Shown here piece after piece: positions 47,373 to 56,899 of a stretch of 64,000 bases of DNA. The notes under the pieces were generated by a model that worked only from the letters and a program-made list of their open reading frames with translations, made no database searches and was not told the origin of the DNA. The stretch is from positions 2,870 to 66,869 of the forward strand of contig CAVBYX010000045.1 of NCBI GenBank assembly GCA_963599905.1, in the 5' to 3' direction. A program made the position numbers and the translations under genes. Every line of letters starts with the position of its first letter. The stretch's first letter is position 1. Source of the DNA: Acutalibacteraceae bacterium (GTDB lineage Bacteria > Bacillota > Clostridia > Oscillospirales > Acutalibacteraceae).

Positions 47373-47687
47373 ATGGATTTAGATAAATATTTTGTTAAGG
47401 CAGAGCTTATTCCTGCAATCATACAGGAAAAATCAACAGGTGAAGTTTTAATGCTTGCATATATGAATCGTGAAAGCATGCAAAAAACTTTTGAAACCGG
47501 ATACACATGGTTTTGGTCGAGAAGCAGACAAGAGTTGTGGAATAAAGGGGCAACGTCAGGCCATCTGCAAAAAGTTATTGATATTTATTCTGATTGTGAT
47601 GACGATACATTGCTGATAAGTGTTGAGCAAATCGGTGCTGCTTGCCATACGGGCAACCATTCTTGTTTCTTTAAAAAGCTAAAATAG
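47373..47687 (+). CDS. hisI: Phosphoribosyl-AMP cyclohydrolase
   Basis: [45 protein letters not shown]. Confidence 0.9.
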   Translation: MDLDKYFVKAELIPAIIQEKSTGEVLMLAYMNRESMQKTFETGYTWFWSRSRQELWNKGATSGHLQKVIDIYSDCDDDTLLISVEQIGAACHTGNHSCFFKKLK

Positions 47688-47700
47688 AGAGGTAAAAAAT

Positions 47701-48033
47701 ATGAATGACAAAGAAGTTCTTGCGGCTTTGTACGCAACAGTTGAAAACAGAAGAGATAATCCAAAAGAGGGTTCATATACCTGTTATCTTCTTGATAAAG
47801 GAATTGATAAGATTCTTAAAAAGGTCGGAGAAGAATGCAGCGAAACAATTATTGCTGCGAAAAACGGCGTAAACAGTGAAACCGTTTACGAAACTGCCGA
47901 TTTGATTTATCATCTTACGGTTATGCTTGTACAGCAGGGAATTCCGCTAGATGATGTACTTGCCGAGCTTGAACGAAGAAGTGAAAAAACGGGGAATTTA
48001 AAGAAATTTCACGTTGTAGATAAAAATTCTTGA
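47701..48033 (+). CDS. hisE: Phosphoribosyl-ATP pyrophosphatase
   Basis: GSYTCYLLDKGIDKILKKVGEECSE...ETADLIYHL MazG-like fold. Confidence 0.9.
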   Translation: MNDKEVLAALYATVENRRDNPKEGSYTCYLLDKGIDKILKKVGEECSETIIAAKNGVNSETVYETADLIYHLTVMLVQQGIPLDDVLAELERRSEKTGNLKKFHVVDKNS

Positions 48034-48045
48034 CGTAATAACTTA

Positions 48046-48073
48046 AAGCCCTATGACAAAAGTCATAGGGCTT
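48046..48073. terminator. Hairpin between convergent genes (candidate bidirectional terminator)
   Basis: Perfect 12-bp stem AAGCCCTATGAC / GTCATAGGGCTT with an AAAA loop. Weak U-tracts on both strands. Confidence 0.5.
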
Positions 48074-48101
48074 AATAAAACTATGTATCTGCTTACTAAT
48101 A

Positions 48102-48341
48102 TTATGCAGTTGCAAGTACAAATTTTGAAACCGCCTCTTTAAATTCATCACTTGGTTCATTGTTAAGCAATAATTCAAACGGCTTGTTGATGTCAAGTGA
48201 AAATACACCGATAAGTGAATGTGCATCAACAGTATATTCACCGCTTTTAATCATCATCATGATATTCGGAAAGTGTGACAACGTTTCAAAAATATCAATA
48301 AGACTGTTTTTGTTTTCTGCAGCTATGTGCATTTTGTACAC
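48102..48341 (-). CDS. HPr-like domain protein (degenerate; canonical His15 region absent)
   Basis: VDAHSLIGVFSLDINKPFELLL resembles the HPr Ser46 region (KSIMGVMSLG). The N-terminus has no GLHARPA box. Confidence 0.45.
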   Translation of the reverse strand: MYKMHIAAENKNSLIDIFETLSHFPNIMMMIKSGEYTVDAHSLIGVFSLDINKPFELLLNNEPSDEFKEAVSKFVLATA

Positions 48342-48456
48342 TCAATCACCCCATAAAGTTAAATAATCTTCTCTTAATATATCTTAACATTAATTATTTA
48401 CATAAGCAATATGATTTTTTGAATTTCAAAAATTTCAACTATTTGAATAAAAAAGG

Positions 48457-49761
48457 ATGACAATAATAATGGATTTTAATATTCTTACCTTAGGTTGCAA
48501 GGTTAATCAATACGAATCACAGGCAATGCGTGAAGATATGCTTAATCACGGTTATATTCTGTCTGACGACAAAAACAAGGCAGACATCACCATTATAAAC
48601 AGTTGCACGGTAACCTCGGTAAGTGATGCTAAAAATCGTAAGCTTATTAACAAAATACGCCGAGCAAATCCGGACGGCATAATAATACTTACGGGATGTA
48701 TGCCACAGGCTTTTCCCGAAGAAACCGCCAATTTTAAAAATTGTGACATAGTTTTGGGTAATGCAAAACGAGCTGAACTTATTCCTACTTTAGAGAATTA
48801 CCTCAAAAACAAACACATCCTTGTTCAAATAAGTGAACATAACGGAAATAACGAAGTTTATGAAAACTTGCACATAACATCATTCGGAGAACATACAAGA
48901 GCATTTATTAAGATTGAGGACGGATGCAATCGTTTTTGTTCTTATTGCATTATACCGTATGCCAGGGGAAGAGTGCGTTCAAAATCTCTTACAGATTTGA
49001 AGACTGAGGTACAGAGGGTTGCCGACGGCGGTTATAAAGAAGTTGTCCTTGTCGGAATAAACCTTTCAGCTTATGGACTTGATGAAAATTATAATCTTGC
49101 GGACGCTGTTGAATGTGCTTGTTCTGTCGATGGAATTGAGCGTGTGCGACTCGGTTCTATTGAGCCGGAACGTATGGACGAAGATATGGTCAGGCGACTT
49201 GCAGCCCAGCCCAAATTCTGTCCTCAGTTTCATCTGTCTTTACAAAGCGGTTGCGACAAAACTCTAAAGGCTATGAATCGTCATTATGATACAAAAGAAT
49301 ATGCTGAAATTGTCACAAGACTGAGAAAAACGTTTGATAATTCGTCAATCACAACCGATGTTATGGTTGGGTTTGCAGGGGAAGACGATTGCGATTTTGA
49401 GCAGTCAATGCAGTTTGTAAAAAGCATCGGATTTGCCAAGGTGCATGTTTTTCCTTATTCACGAAGAAAAGGTACGGTTGCAGACAAAGCAGACGAGCAG
49501 GTATCTCTCGAAATTAAAGAACATCGTGCCAAACTGATGGGTAATCTTGTTGAAGAATCAAGAGCAAAGTTTTTGCAATCACAGGTTGGAACTGTTGAAG
49601 ACGTATTATTTGAACGTATCAGACACGGCTATCTTGAAGGATATACCAAAAACTATACTCCCGTTCACATCTGTACAGATAAGAATACTCTTTGCGGAAC
49701 TATTCATAAAGTGAAAATCACAGAGGCAGATATAGATTTTTGCGTAGGTGAAATTGTTTAA
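48457..49761 (+). CDS. mtaB: Radical-SAM methylthiotransferase, MtaB-like
   Basis: N-terminal TLGCKVNQYES, radical-SAM CNRFCSYCIIP, C-terminal TRAM-like region. Start may be 48469. Confidence 0.8.
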   Translation: MTIIMDFNILTLGCKVNQYESQAMREDMLNHGYILSDDKNKADITIINSCTVTSVSDAKNRKLINKIRRANPDGIIILTGCMPQAFPEETANFKNCDIVLGNAKRAELIPTLENYLKNKHILVQISEHNGNNEVYENLHITSFGEHTRAFIKIEDGCNRFCSYCIIPYARGRVRSKSLTDLKTEVQRVADGGYKEVVLVGINLSAYGLDENYNLADAVECACSVDGIERVRLGSIEPERMDEDMVRRLAAQPKFCPQFHLSLQSGCDKTLKAMNRHYDTKEYAEIVTRLRKTFDNSSITTDVMVGFAGEDDCDFEQSMQFVKSIGFAKVHVFPYSRRKGTVADKADEQVSLEIKEHRAKLMGNLVEESRAKFLQSQVGTVEDVLFERIRHGYLEGYTKNYTPVHICTDKNTLCGTIHKVKITEADIDFCVGEIV

Positions 49762-49817
49762 TCATTTGTTAAAACAAAGCAAGCTCTTAATGAGATTCGT
49801 TCCAGAACCTGCAATGC

Positions 49818-51074
49818 CTACACTGTAGTTATAACCTTTCTCAGCGTTTCTGCTTCTTCTGCCGCATCATCTTCAAAAAGACTTGAGTAGCTGTATAGCA
49901 TAAAACCGCTTACTTTATCGCATCTTTGAATAATTTTATATTCTGTTGCAAGTATGTCATTGCTGTTGAGCCATGTACCATCATCTTTGTCGCTTCCGGC
50001 TTTATATCCGGCAAGCCCTACATATATTGTTACATTATCGGCAAAATCTAGATTTAGCCAACTTTCGAGCGAGTCTTCAAATTTTAACTTCGGATTGTCA
50101 ATACTGAAGTATATTTGCGGACAAATATAGTCAATGTACCCTCCACAGGTACACCAGCTTCTGACATCTGCATATAATCCGTCGTTATTATCAATATTAC
50201 CTTGCGGAGATATACCGAATACAACATTTTCCTTTGTTTTATGTACGGTTCGGTATACCTCGCTTATCAGCAAATTAATATTTACCTTTCTCCAGTCGTC
50301 AACGCTCATACAATTATTACCGAATTTTTCCCTGTATTTTTCGTATGATTGGTTATCACAATCGCTTATATCGTTCGGGTAAAAATAATCGTCAAACTGA
50401 ATGCCGTCAACGTCATAATTTCTGACGATTTCTTCTATGCCGTTAATAATCAACTGCCTTGCTTTTACATTTGATGGGTCAAGATATATTCCCCCCTCTG
50501 TTTCAAAGCCAAGACTGTTGTCAATAATATACGGATTATTATCGCTTAGTTCTGACGGTGTTTTACTAACCGCAACACGGTATGGGTTTATCCAAGCATG
50601 AATTTTCAAATCATAGCTTTTGCAAATTTCACACATAATTTTAAGTGCATCGTAACCCGGATTTTTACCTTGTAAGCCTGTTAATATATGTGAATACGGA
50701 AAAAATTCCGATTCGTATAATGCGTCACAAAAAGGTCTGACTTGTACAATTAGTGTATTAAATCCCGATTTCACGGAGTTTTCGGCTATTTCGGTAAATT
50801 TTTCTTTGAAACTTTTTTCGGACTTATCTGCATCGTTTTCCATACTAAGTTCCATATATGTTACCCATACGCCCTTCATTTCTTCAATTTTGAGATTTGC
50901 ATTGTCATTGGTTGCCGAATGGTTATTGGCAGAGCTTGAGTCGTCAATTACCGAATTTCCCATAAAGGTCATCGGAGCTTTTGAATTGCTTATTGCACTG
51001 AATAAAATTGTGCTTATAAGAACTGCAGCGGTAACGGTCAATGGCAAATATTTTTTTATTTTCAAATTTATCAT
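49818..51074 (-). CDS. Secreted GHL10 / UPF0748 (YngK/YddW-like) glycosyl-hydrolase-like protein
   Basis: N-terminal signal anchor. KGVWVTY, HAWINPYR, GIQFDDYFYP pattern of the GHL10 family. Confidence 0.65.
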   Translation of the reverse strand: MINLKIKKYLPLTVTAAVLISTILFSAISNSKAPMTFMGNSVIDDSSSANNHSATNDNANLKIEEMKGVWVTYMELSMENDADKSEKSFKEKFTEIAENSVKSGFNTLIVQVRPFCDALYESEFFPYSHILTGLQGKNPGYDALKIMCEICKSYDLKIHAWINPYRVAVSKTPSELSDNNPYIIDNSLGFETEGGIYLDPSNVKARQLIINGIEEIVRNYDVDGIQFDDYFYPNDISDCDNQSYEKYREKFGNNCMSVDDWRKVNINLLISEVYRTVHKTKENVVFGISPQGNIDNNDGLYADVRSWCTCGGYIDYICPQIYFSIDNPKLKFEDSLESWLNLDFADNVTIYVGLAGYKAGSDKDDGTWLNSNDILATEYKIIQRCDKVSGFMLYSYSSLFEDDAAEEAETLRKVITTV

Positions 51075-51088
51075 CCTTTGAGGTTATT

Positions 51089-51370
51089 ATGAATTTATTG
51101 TATATTCTCCCGATATACTTGATTTTGATTAATATTTTCGCAGTGTATATCACAATTTATGATAAGTCACACGCCATTCACCATAAATGGCGCGTCAAGG
51201 AAAGCACTTTACTGCTTGTTTCTGCACTTGGCGGAAGCATGGGAATGTATTTTACAATGCTTTTAATTCATCACAAAACGAAACACTTGAAGTTTATGAT
51301 TGGAATTCCTACAATTCTGATTTTAGAATTGTTCGCAGTATTTTTTATATGGAGATTAATTTATGTCTGA
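51089..51370 (+). CDS. DUF1294 membrane protein
   Basis: YDKSHAIHHKWRVKESTLLLVSALGGSMGMYFTMLLIHHKTKH signature. Confidence 0.7.
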   Translation: MNLLYILPIYLILINIFAVYITIYDKSHAIHHKWRVKESTLLLVSALGGSMGMYFTMLLIHHKTKHLKFMIGIPTILILELFAVFFIWRLIYV

Positions 51371-52238
51371 ACAGCTCAAGTTTACAGTGCCTGATGAATG
51401 TGACAAAATGATTGCCAAAAATTTTTTGAGAAAAAGCTGTTATCTTTCAGCAAGAATGATAACACAATTGGTTCGCAAAAAAGACGGAATTATGATGAAC
51501 GGAAAAATTTTAAGGACTATTGATTTTGTTGAGAGTGGGGCAGAGGTGATAATCAACTTACCCGAGGATAAGCAATCTCAGATAATTCCTGTTAAAGGTA
51601 AACCGGATATATGTTATGAAGACAGCAATTTGCTTATTGTAAACAAGCCGCCGTTTATGCCCGTTCATCCTGTAAAACAACACCAAGAAGACACATTAGC
51701 AAATCTTGTTGCGTATTATGCGACAGAAAAATCCGAAAATTATACATTCAGAGCGATTAATCGTTTAGACAGGGATACCTCAGGTTTGGTACTGATTGCA
51801 AAAGACAGATATTCGGCAAACAAATTAAAAAACTCAGTTAAAAAAACTTACTATGCAATTTGTCACGGAAAAATTGATAATGACGGCATAATTAAAGCAC
51901 CTATCGGTCTGCTTCCCGAATCAAAGATGGTACGTCATATCTTAAAAGAGGGCTCGGCAGCCATTACACATTATCACACAATATATTCATCAAAAGAATT
52001 ATCTTTTATTGAACTAAATCTTGAAACAGGAAAAACACATCAAATCAGATGTCATATGGCATCTGTCGGGCATCCTCTGCTCGGTGATGATTTATACGGA
52101 GGAAGTCTCGAGAAAATACCCCGACAGGCGTTGCATTGCGGAAAAATGAAAATAAAGCATCCTATCACAGAAGAAGAGTTTATTGTTAAAACAAAAATTC
52201 CGAATGATATGATGCGGATAATAAATCAAATAAGATAA
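51363..52238 (+). CDS. RluA-family pseudouridine synthase
   Basis: S4-like N-terminus, NRLDRDTSGLVLIAK catalytic Asp, HQIRCHMASVGHPLLGDDLYG. Confidence 0.9.
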   Translation: MSEQLKFTVPDECDKMIAKNFLRKSCYLSARMITQLVRKKDGIMMNGKILRTIDFVESGAEVIINLPEDKQSQIIPVKGKPDICYEDSNLLIVNKPPFMPVHPVKQHQEDTLANLVAYYATEKSENYTFRAINRLDRDTSGLVLIAKDRYSANKLKNSVKKTYYAICHGKIDNDGIIKAPIGLLPESKMVRHILKEGSAAITHYHTIYSSKELSFIELNLETGKTHQIRCHMASVGHPLLGDDLYGGSLEKIPRQALHCGKMKIKHPITEEEFIVKTKIPNDMMRIINQIR

Positions 52239-52251
52239 TTTCAAAATGAAA

Positions 52252-52291
52252 AATCCCCTAAACAAGTTCTGAAAACTTTGTCTTGGGGATT
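52252..52291. terminator. Hairpin between convergent genes
   Basis: AATCCCC ... GGGGATT outer stem with imperfect inner pairing. Confidence 0.4.
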
Positions 52292-52312
52292 AAGATTTTG
52301 ATAATAATTAAG

Positions 52313-53686
52313 TTATCGGATTTTATTGTTATTCACAATTTGACTCAATGTTTTAATACCTTCATCAATATTTTCAATCGGTATTCCCGAAAAACTTAAA
52401 CAAAATTCATTATCTTCTGTTTTATAAGGCATTAAACAAATTGATTTTTCATAAACTTGTTCATCAATTTTTTGTCGGTTAATCATAAAGTTTAATTTTA
52501 ATGTAATATATAATGATGTTTCATTAAAAATAACGTCAAAATTATCAAAATACTTATCGATGCAGTTTAATATCACCTTGCTTTTTTCAAGGTAAGTTCT
52601 TCTTGCTTTCCTAAGATGAACATATATTTTTCCGCTGTTTATATATTTTGAAAGTGCCAATTGTTCTGTTTTTGAGGCTGTCTGATTTATTGCGCCTTTA
52701 ATTTTATTATAACGTTTTATATATTTATCAGGCAGTACCATATAGCTGATACGCACCGACGGTAAAAGCACCTTGGAAAAGGAACCCAAATAAACGGTAT
52801 TTTCTATTCCGTAGTTTTGAACACAGGGCATGGGGTGAGTGCTGTATCTAAGTTCTCCGTTATAATCATCCTCTATTATTAAGGCATTGTTCTGTTTTGC
52901 CCAAGCGATAATTTCAAGACGTCTTGCAACAGGAGTGTTTGCTCCCTTTTTATTTGTAAAATTGGGATTAATAAGTATAATATCCGGCTTTATTCTTTCA
53001 AGTGAGTCTATCGTAACTCCCAATTCGTCGCTCTCAGAGTAATTAATTTGATAATCGTAGCTCTTAAATACATATTCCGACTGAATAAAACTTGAATCAG
53101 CCATTACAACCTTTTTTCTGCATCCCAATAGAGAACACAGTAAGCATAAAAGGGGTTGTATGCCTGCACCTACAATTATATTTTCAGAACTTGTACTTAC
53201 GCTTCTTGTTCCAAGCGCATAGTTTTGCAGAGCTGTTCTCAGTGCTTCTTCACCCTGAACATTTCCGTAAGAAGTAAGAAGATAATTACTGTTTATTACT
53301 TCCTTTATATCTTTTTTCCATTCGGCAATGTTTATGATTTTTTCATCAATACTCTTTCCACTGAAATCAAAGCGATAAATTATATTTGAATCTCGAGATT
53401 TATTTTCGTCTGCGTCAACACTCTTGGGCTTATTTTCAAATTGTGCTTCAACATAGTACCCGCTTTGCGGCTTGTTCTTAATATAACCTTCAGCACATAA
53501 TTGCTCATATGCGCCCGTAACAGTGGTTTTTGAAACCCCAAGATTTTCACTCAGCTTTCGGATAGAGGGGAGTTTGGTATCTTTTTTCAGACTGCCGTTT
53601 TCTATTGAATTTCTTACAGATAAATATATTTGCCTGTATTTAGGGATTTTTGAGTTGCCGTCGGCAATTATAAAATCGTAAAACAT
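52313..53686 (-). CDS. GntR/MocR-family regulator with aminotransferase-like domain (PdxR-like)
   Basis: N-terminal PSIRKLSENLGVSKTTVTGAYEQL wHTH. C-terminal fold-type I domain with SFSKVLLPSVR lysine. Confidence 0.85.
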   Translation of the reverse strand: MFYDFIIADGNSKIPKYRQIYLSVRNSIENGSLKKDTKLPSIRKLSENLGVSKTTVTGAYEQLCAEGYIKNKPQSGYYVEAQFENKPKSVDADENKSRDSNIIYRFDFSGKSIDEKIINIAEWKKDIKEVINSNYLLTSYGNVQGEEALRTALQNYALGTRSVSTSSENIIVGAGIQPLLCLLCSLLGCRKKVVMADSSFIQSEYVFKSYDYQINYSESDELGVTIDSLERIKPDIILINPNFTNKKGANTPVARRLEIIAWAKQNNALIIEDDYNGELRYSTHPMPCVQNYGIENTVYLGSFSKVLLPSVRISYMVLPDKYIKRYNKIKGAINQTASKTEQLALSKYINSGKIYVHLRKARRTYLEKSKVILNCIDKYFDNFDVIFNETSLYITLKLNFMINRQKIDEQVYEKSICLMPYKTEDNEFCLSFSGIPIENIDEGIKTLSQIVNNNKIR

Positions 53687-53749
53687 AAAACATCACCGTT
53701 GTATTTTTGTATTTCTTACAATTCTTAAAATATATTTTTTAGTGCTGTG

Positions 53750-54850
53750 TCATCTGATTAAATCACAGATTATTGTGTTTGAAACGAGAAAACCTTTTGG
53801 TGTAAAAAACGCCCTTTGACTGTCGATTTCCATAAAATCGGTATCTGCATACCTGTGTATTTTTCTAGATAAAGGCAATGGAACCGAGTGTCCGAATTTT
53901 TCTTTATATTCCTCAAAAACAAGCCCGCTTTTGAGCCGCAACGAAAGCATTATAAATTCTTCTTCATTACCTCCGTCACAATCAAAAGCAGTGATATTTT
54001 TATCAAAATCACTAAAGCTTCTTCCGTAAAAAAATCTTTTCCCATTAAAAAAAGAATGGGCAGACGGGCCGATTCCTATATACTCTCCGCACTTCCAATA
54101 ATTGATATTATGTTTACTTTCAAAACCACTTCTTGCAAAATTGGAAATTTCGTACTGCTCATATCCGAGTGATTTTAAATAATCTACGGCAAATAAATAA
54201 AGCTCTGCTTGCATATCTTCATCGGGTAGTTCAAGCCTGTTTCTTGCAGCATAGAATCTTGTACCTTTTTCAATCTTAAGAATATAAGATGATATATGTG
54301 TAACCCCACATTCGGCACAAAAATCAATTGATTCTTTTAAGCTGTTTAACGTTTGATGCGGAATCCCCATCATTAAATCTAATGATATATTATTTATGCC
54401 GGTTTCTTTGGCTCTGATAACGGTTATTTTTGCATCATTGGCACTGTGGATTCTTCCCAGTTCGTCGAGTTCATTTTGAACGGCACTCTGCATACCTATT
54501 GAAATTCTGTTAAAACCGGCTTCTTTTAATAATTTGAAATCTATGGTTTTTCCGGTATCAGGATTAATTTCAACAGTGATTTCAGCATTTGGTTCAACTG
54601 TAAAATTATTTTTTACTTCAAACAATATTTTTGTCAGCAGTTCTGAGCCCAGTACACTTGGAGTGCCACCCCCGAAGTAAACACTCTTTACTTTGATTTC
54701 AACTTGTTGACCCCAATACCTTATTTTATCAATTAAGGTTTCGGTATAACTTCTGTATTTTTCGTCATTACCTTTTCCGCTGTAAAAATCACAATAGGGG
54801 CACTTGCTCTTGCAAAAAGGAATATGTATATACAGTCCGATTGAATCCAT
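53750..54850 (-). CDS. hemW: Radical-SAM heme chaperone HemW
   Basis: YIHIPFCKSKCPYCDF, FGGGTPS, ISIGMQS. Confidence 0.85.
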   Translation of the reverse strand: MDSIGLYIHIPFCKSKCPYCDFYSGKGNDEKYRSYTETLIDKIRYWGQQVEIKVKSVYFGGGTPSVLGSELLTKILFEVKNNFTVEPNAEITVEINPDTGKTIDFKLLKEAGFNRISIGMQSAVQNELDELGRIHSANDAKITVIRAKETGINNISLDLMMGIPHQTLNSLKESIDFCAECGVTHISSYILKIEKGTRFYAARNRLELPDEDMQAELYLFAVDYLKSLGYEQYEISNFARSGFESKHNINYWKCGEYIGIGPSAHSFFNGKRFFYGRSFSDFDKNITAFDCDGGNEEEFIMLSLRLKSGLVFEEYKEKFGHSVPLPLSRKIHRYADTDFMEIDSQRAFFTPKGFLVSNTIICDLIR

Positions 54851-55020
54851 AAAAACCTCTTAAATTATATTAAGGCAGAAAACAAAATTTCTGCCTAAAC
54901 ATTTAAAATATTAAATCTTTCCAATAAATATCTTACATTTATTTAATATCATTGTCAAGGGCTAGAAAATGTTATATTAATAAATAAAAAAATCAGCAAA
55001 TTCAAAAGGAGTTAGTAATT

Positions 55021-55983
55021 ATGAAAAAAATATTCTCATTGATTTTATCAATAATTTTCATTTGTCTATTCAGCTTATTTGGCTGTAATTCCGCTCAAGA
55101 TGAAGACACAAACATCAATTCGAAAAATCCGACTCAATCCGCAACCGACAAAAGCGATCCTTATGCAGCTGCAAATAAATATGACGTAGATGAAGAAATG
55201 TTTGAAAAACGCAATAACGTTGACTATGGTACAGTGTTAAAAAATGTAACTTATTATTCACAAGCTGCCGAAGACAACAAACAATGCAATATTCTTTTGC
55301 CTGCGGGTTACAATAAAAATAATCAATATCCTGTTATGTACATTTTTCACGGTTTTGGTGGCAGTCACAGCGATCAGATTGACGATGATTCGTATGTAAC
55401 ACTTCTTTACGGAAATATGTTACATGACAATTTAACCGTACCGCAAATTCTCGTTAATGTTGATATGTATACCGACAAACAAAGTGAAAAAGCCGAAAAA
55501 TCAGATGAAGAATTGCGCTATATTTACGATAAGGCAATCGATGACGTTGCACAAGACCTTATGCCGTTCATCGAAAAAAATTATTCTGTTAAAACAGGTA
55601 GGGAAAACACAGCGGTTGCAGGTATGTCGGAAGGCGGAGCAAAGTCACTTTGTACAGGTTTTAAATGGCTTGATAAATTCGGCTTTATTGCTTCGTTTGC
55701 GCCTGACCCGGGCGTAATTCCGACAGAGTTTTACAAAGGGACATACTGGAACACACCGTATCTTGAGGGATTTCCTCAACCGACGGATAAAAATACTCCG
55801 TTATATTTATATCTTGCCGTCGGCAGTGAAGACCCATGGAATACAGAGTGCACATTATATTACAAGCAAGTGTTTGACGAAGCGGGTATTAAAAATCAAA
55901 CGGATTATGTGGATGGATATGAACATAATCATATATTTTGGAGACAATGTTTTTATAATTTCTTGAGTAAAACATTCAATTAA
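55021..55983 (+). CDS. Secreted lipoprotein esterase (alpha/beta hydrolase, putative esterase family)
   Basis: Lipobox LFGC, YPVMYIFHGFGGSH, nucleophile elbow GMSEGG. Confidence 0.7.
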   Translation: MKKIFSLILSIIFICLFSLFGCNSAQDEDTNINSKNPTQSATDKSDPYAAANKYDVDEEMFEKRNNVDYGTVLKNVTYYSQAAEDNKQCNILLPAGYNKNNQYPVMYIFHGFGGSHSDQIDDDSYVTLLYGNMLHDNLTVPQILVNVDMYTDKQSEKAEKSDEELRYIYDKAIDDVAQDLMPFIEKNYSVKTGRENTAVAGMSEGGAKSLCTGFKWLDKFGFIASFAPDPGVIPTEFYKGTYWNTPYLEGFPQPTDKNTPLYLYLAVGSEDPWNTECTLYYKQVFDEAGIKNQTDYVDGYEHNHIFWRQCFYNFLSKTFN

Positions 55984-56023
55984 GCACAATGTAACGCTCA
56001 GTTAATCTTCTTGATACGATAAA

Positions 56024-56067
56024 ACCTTCTGTGACGGTAAAATTCCGTTACAGAAGGTCGATTTTTT
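56024..56067 (+). terminator. Rho-independent terminator after the esterase gene
   Basis: 14-bp stem ACCTTCTGTGACGG / CCGTTACAGAAGGT (one G-U pair) followed by T6. Confidence 0.75.
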
Positions 56068-56077
56068 ATTATATAAT

Positions 56078-56899
56078 TTATTTATCGTTTTTTACTACAA
56101 TATGCGGATACGGTATGGTTATTTCATTTTTGTCAAAAGCAAGTTTAACATTTTCCTGCATATAATAATAAACATCAAAATAATTTTCGGGATTAACCCA
56201 AAATTTTACTATTATTTCAATTCCGCTGTCAAGATGATTTCCGACACACACAGCAGGTTCCGGATCTTTTAGAATGAGTTCGTAATCATTTATAATTTCC
56301 GTTATAACCTCTCTTACTTTTAACAAATCATCCTCATAGCTTACGGTATATTTTAAAAACATCCTTCTTTTATCATCAATAGTGCAATTAACAACATTAT
56401 TAGATGTCAGCTTGGAATTTGGAATACGCACAATTTTATCATCGGATGACCTTAACGTAGTAAAAAATACATTTATTGCTTCAACACTGCCTGTTAAATT
56501 TTCAAACTCCAAAACGTTACCGGCAACAAACGGTTTATTTATCAAAATCACCATTCCGCTTACAAAATTTTTAAGATTATCCTGAAGTGCAAGTCCTGCG
56601 GTAAGAGCTGCAGCTCCAAGAGCGGTAAGCAGAGATGAAACATCAATTCCGATTGTGGAAAGCGCTGTTATCGCAACAATAAAATACAATATTATTTTAG
56701 TAAAAGAAAATATAAATGTTTTTGTCGTATGTTCGATTTTTGATTTTTTAAGTAACTTTTTAAAAAGCGTCATAATAAGTTTTACAATTAAACATCCTAT
56801 GACAGCCACAAGTGCCAGCAAAAACAGCTTAGAAGCCGCCACTGACAAAAATTCGTTAAATTTATTAATAGATTCTTCAGTCATTGTTTCCTCCGTCAA
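56078..56899 (-). CDS. mscS: Small-conductance mechanosensitive channel (MscS family)
   Basis: Three TM segments, then PFVAGNVLEF...GSVEAINVFFTTLRSSDDKIVRIPNS. Confidence 0.85.
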   Translation of the reverse strand: MTEETMTEESINKFNEFLSVAASKLFLLALVAVIGCLIVKLIMTLFKKLLKKSKIEHTTKTFIFSFTKIILYFIVAITALSTIGIDVSSLLTALGAAALTAGLALQDNLKNFVSGMVILINKPFVAGNVLEFENLTGSVEAINVFFTTLRSSDDKIVRIPNSKLTSNNVVNCTIDDKRRMFLKYTVSYEDDLLKVREVITEIINDYELILKDPEPAVCVGNHLDSGIEIIVKFWVNPENYFDVYYYMQENVKLAFDKNEITIPYPHIVVKNDK

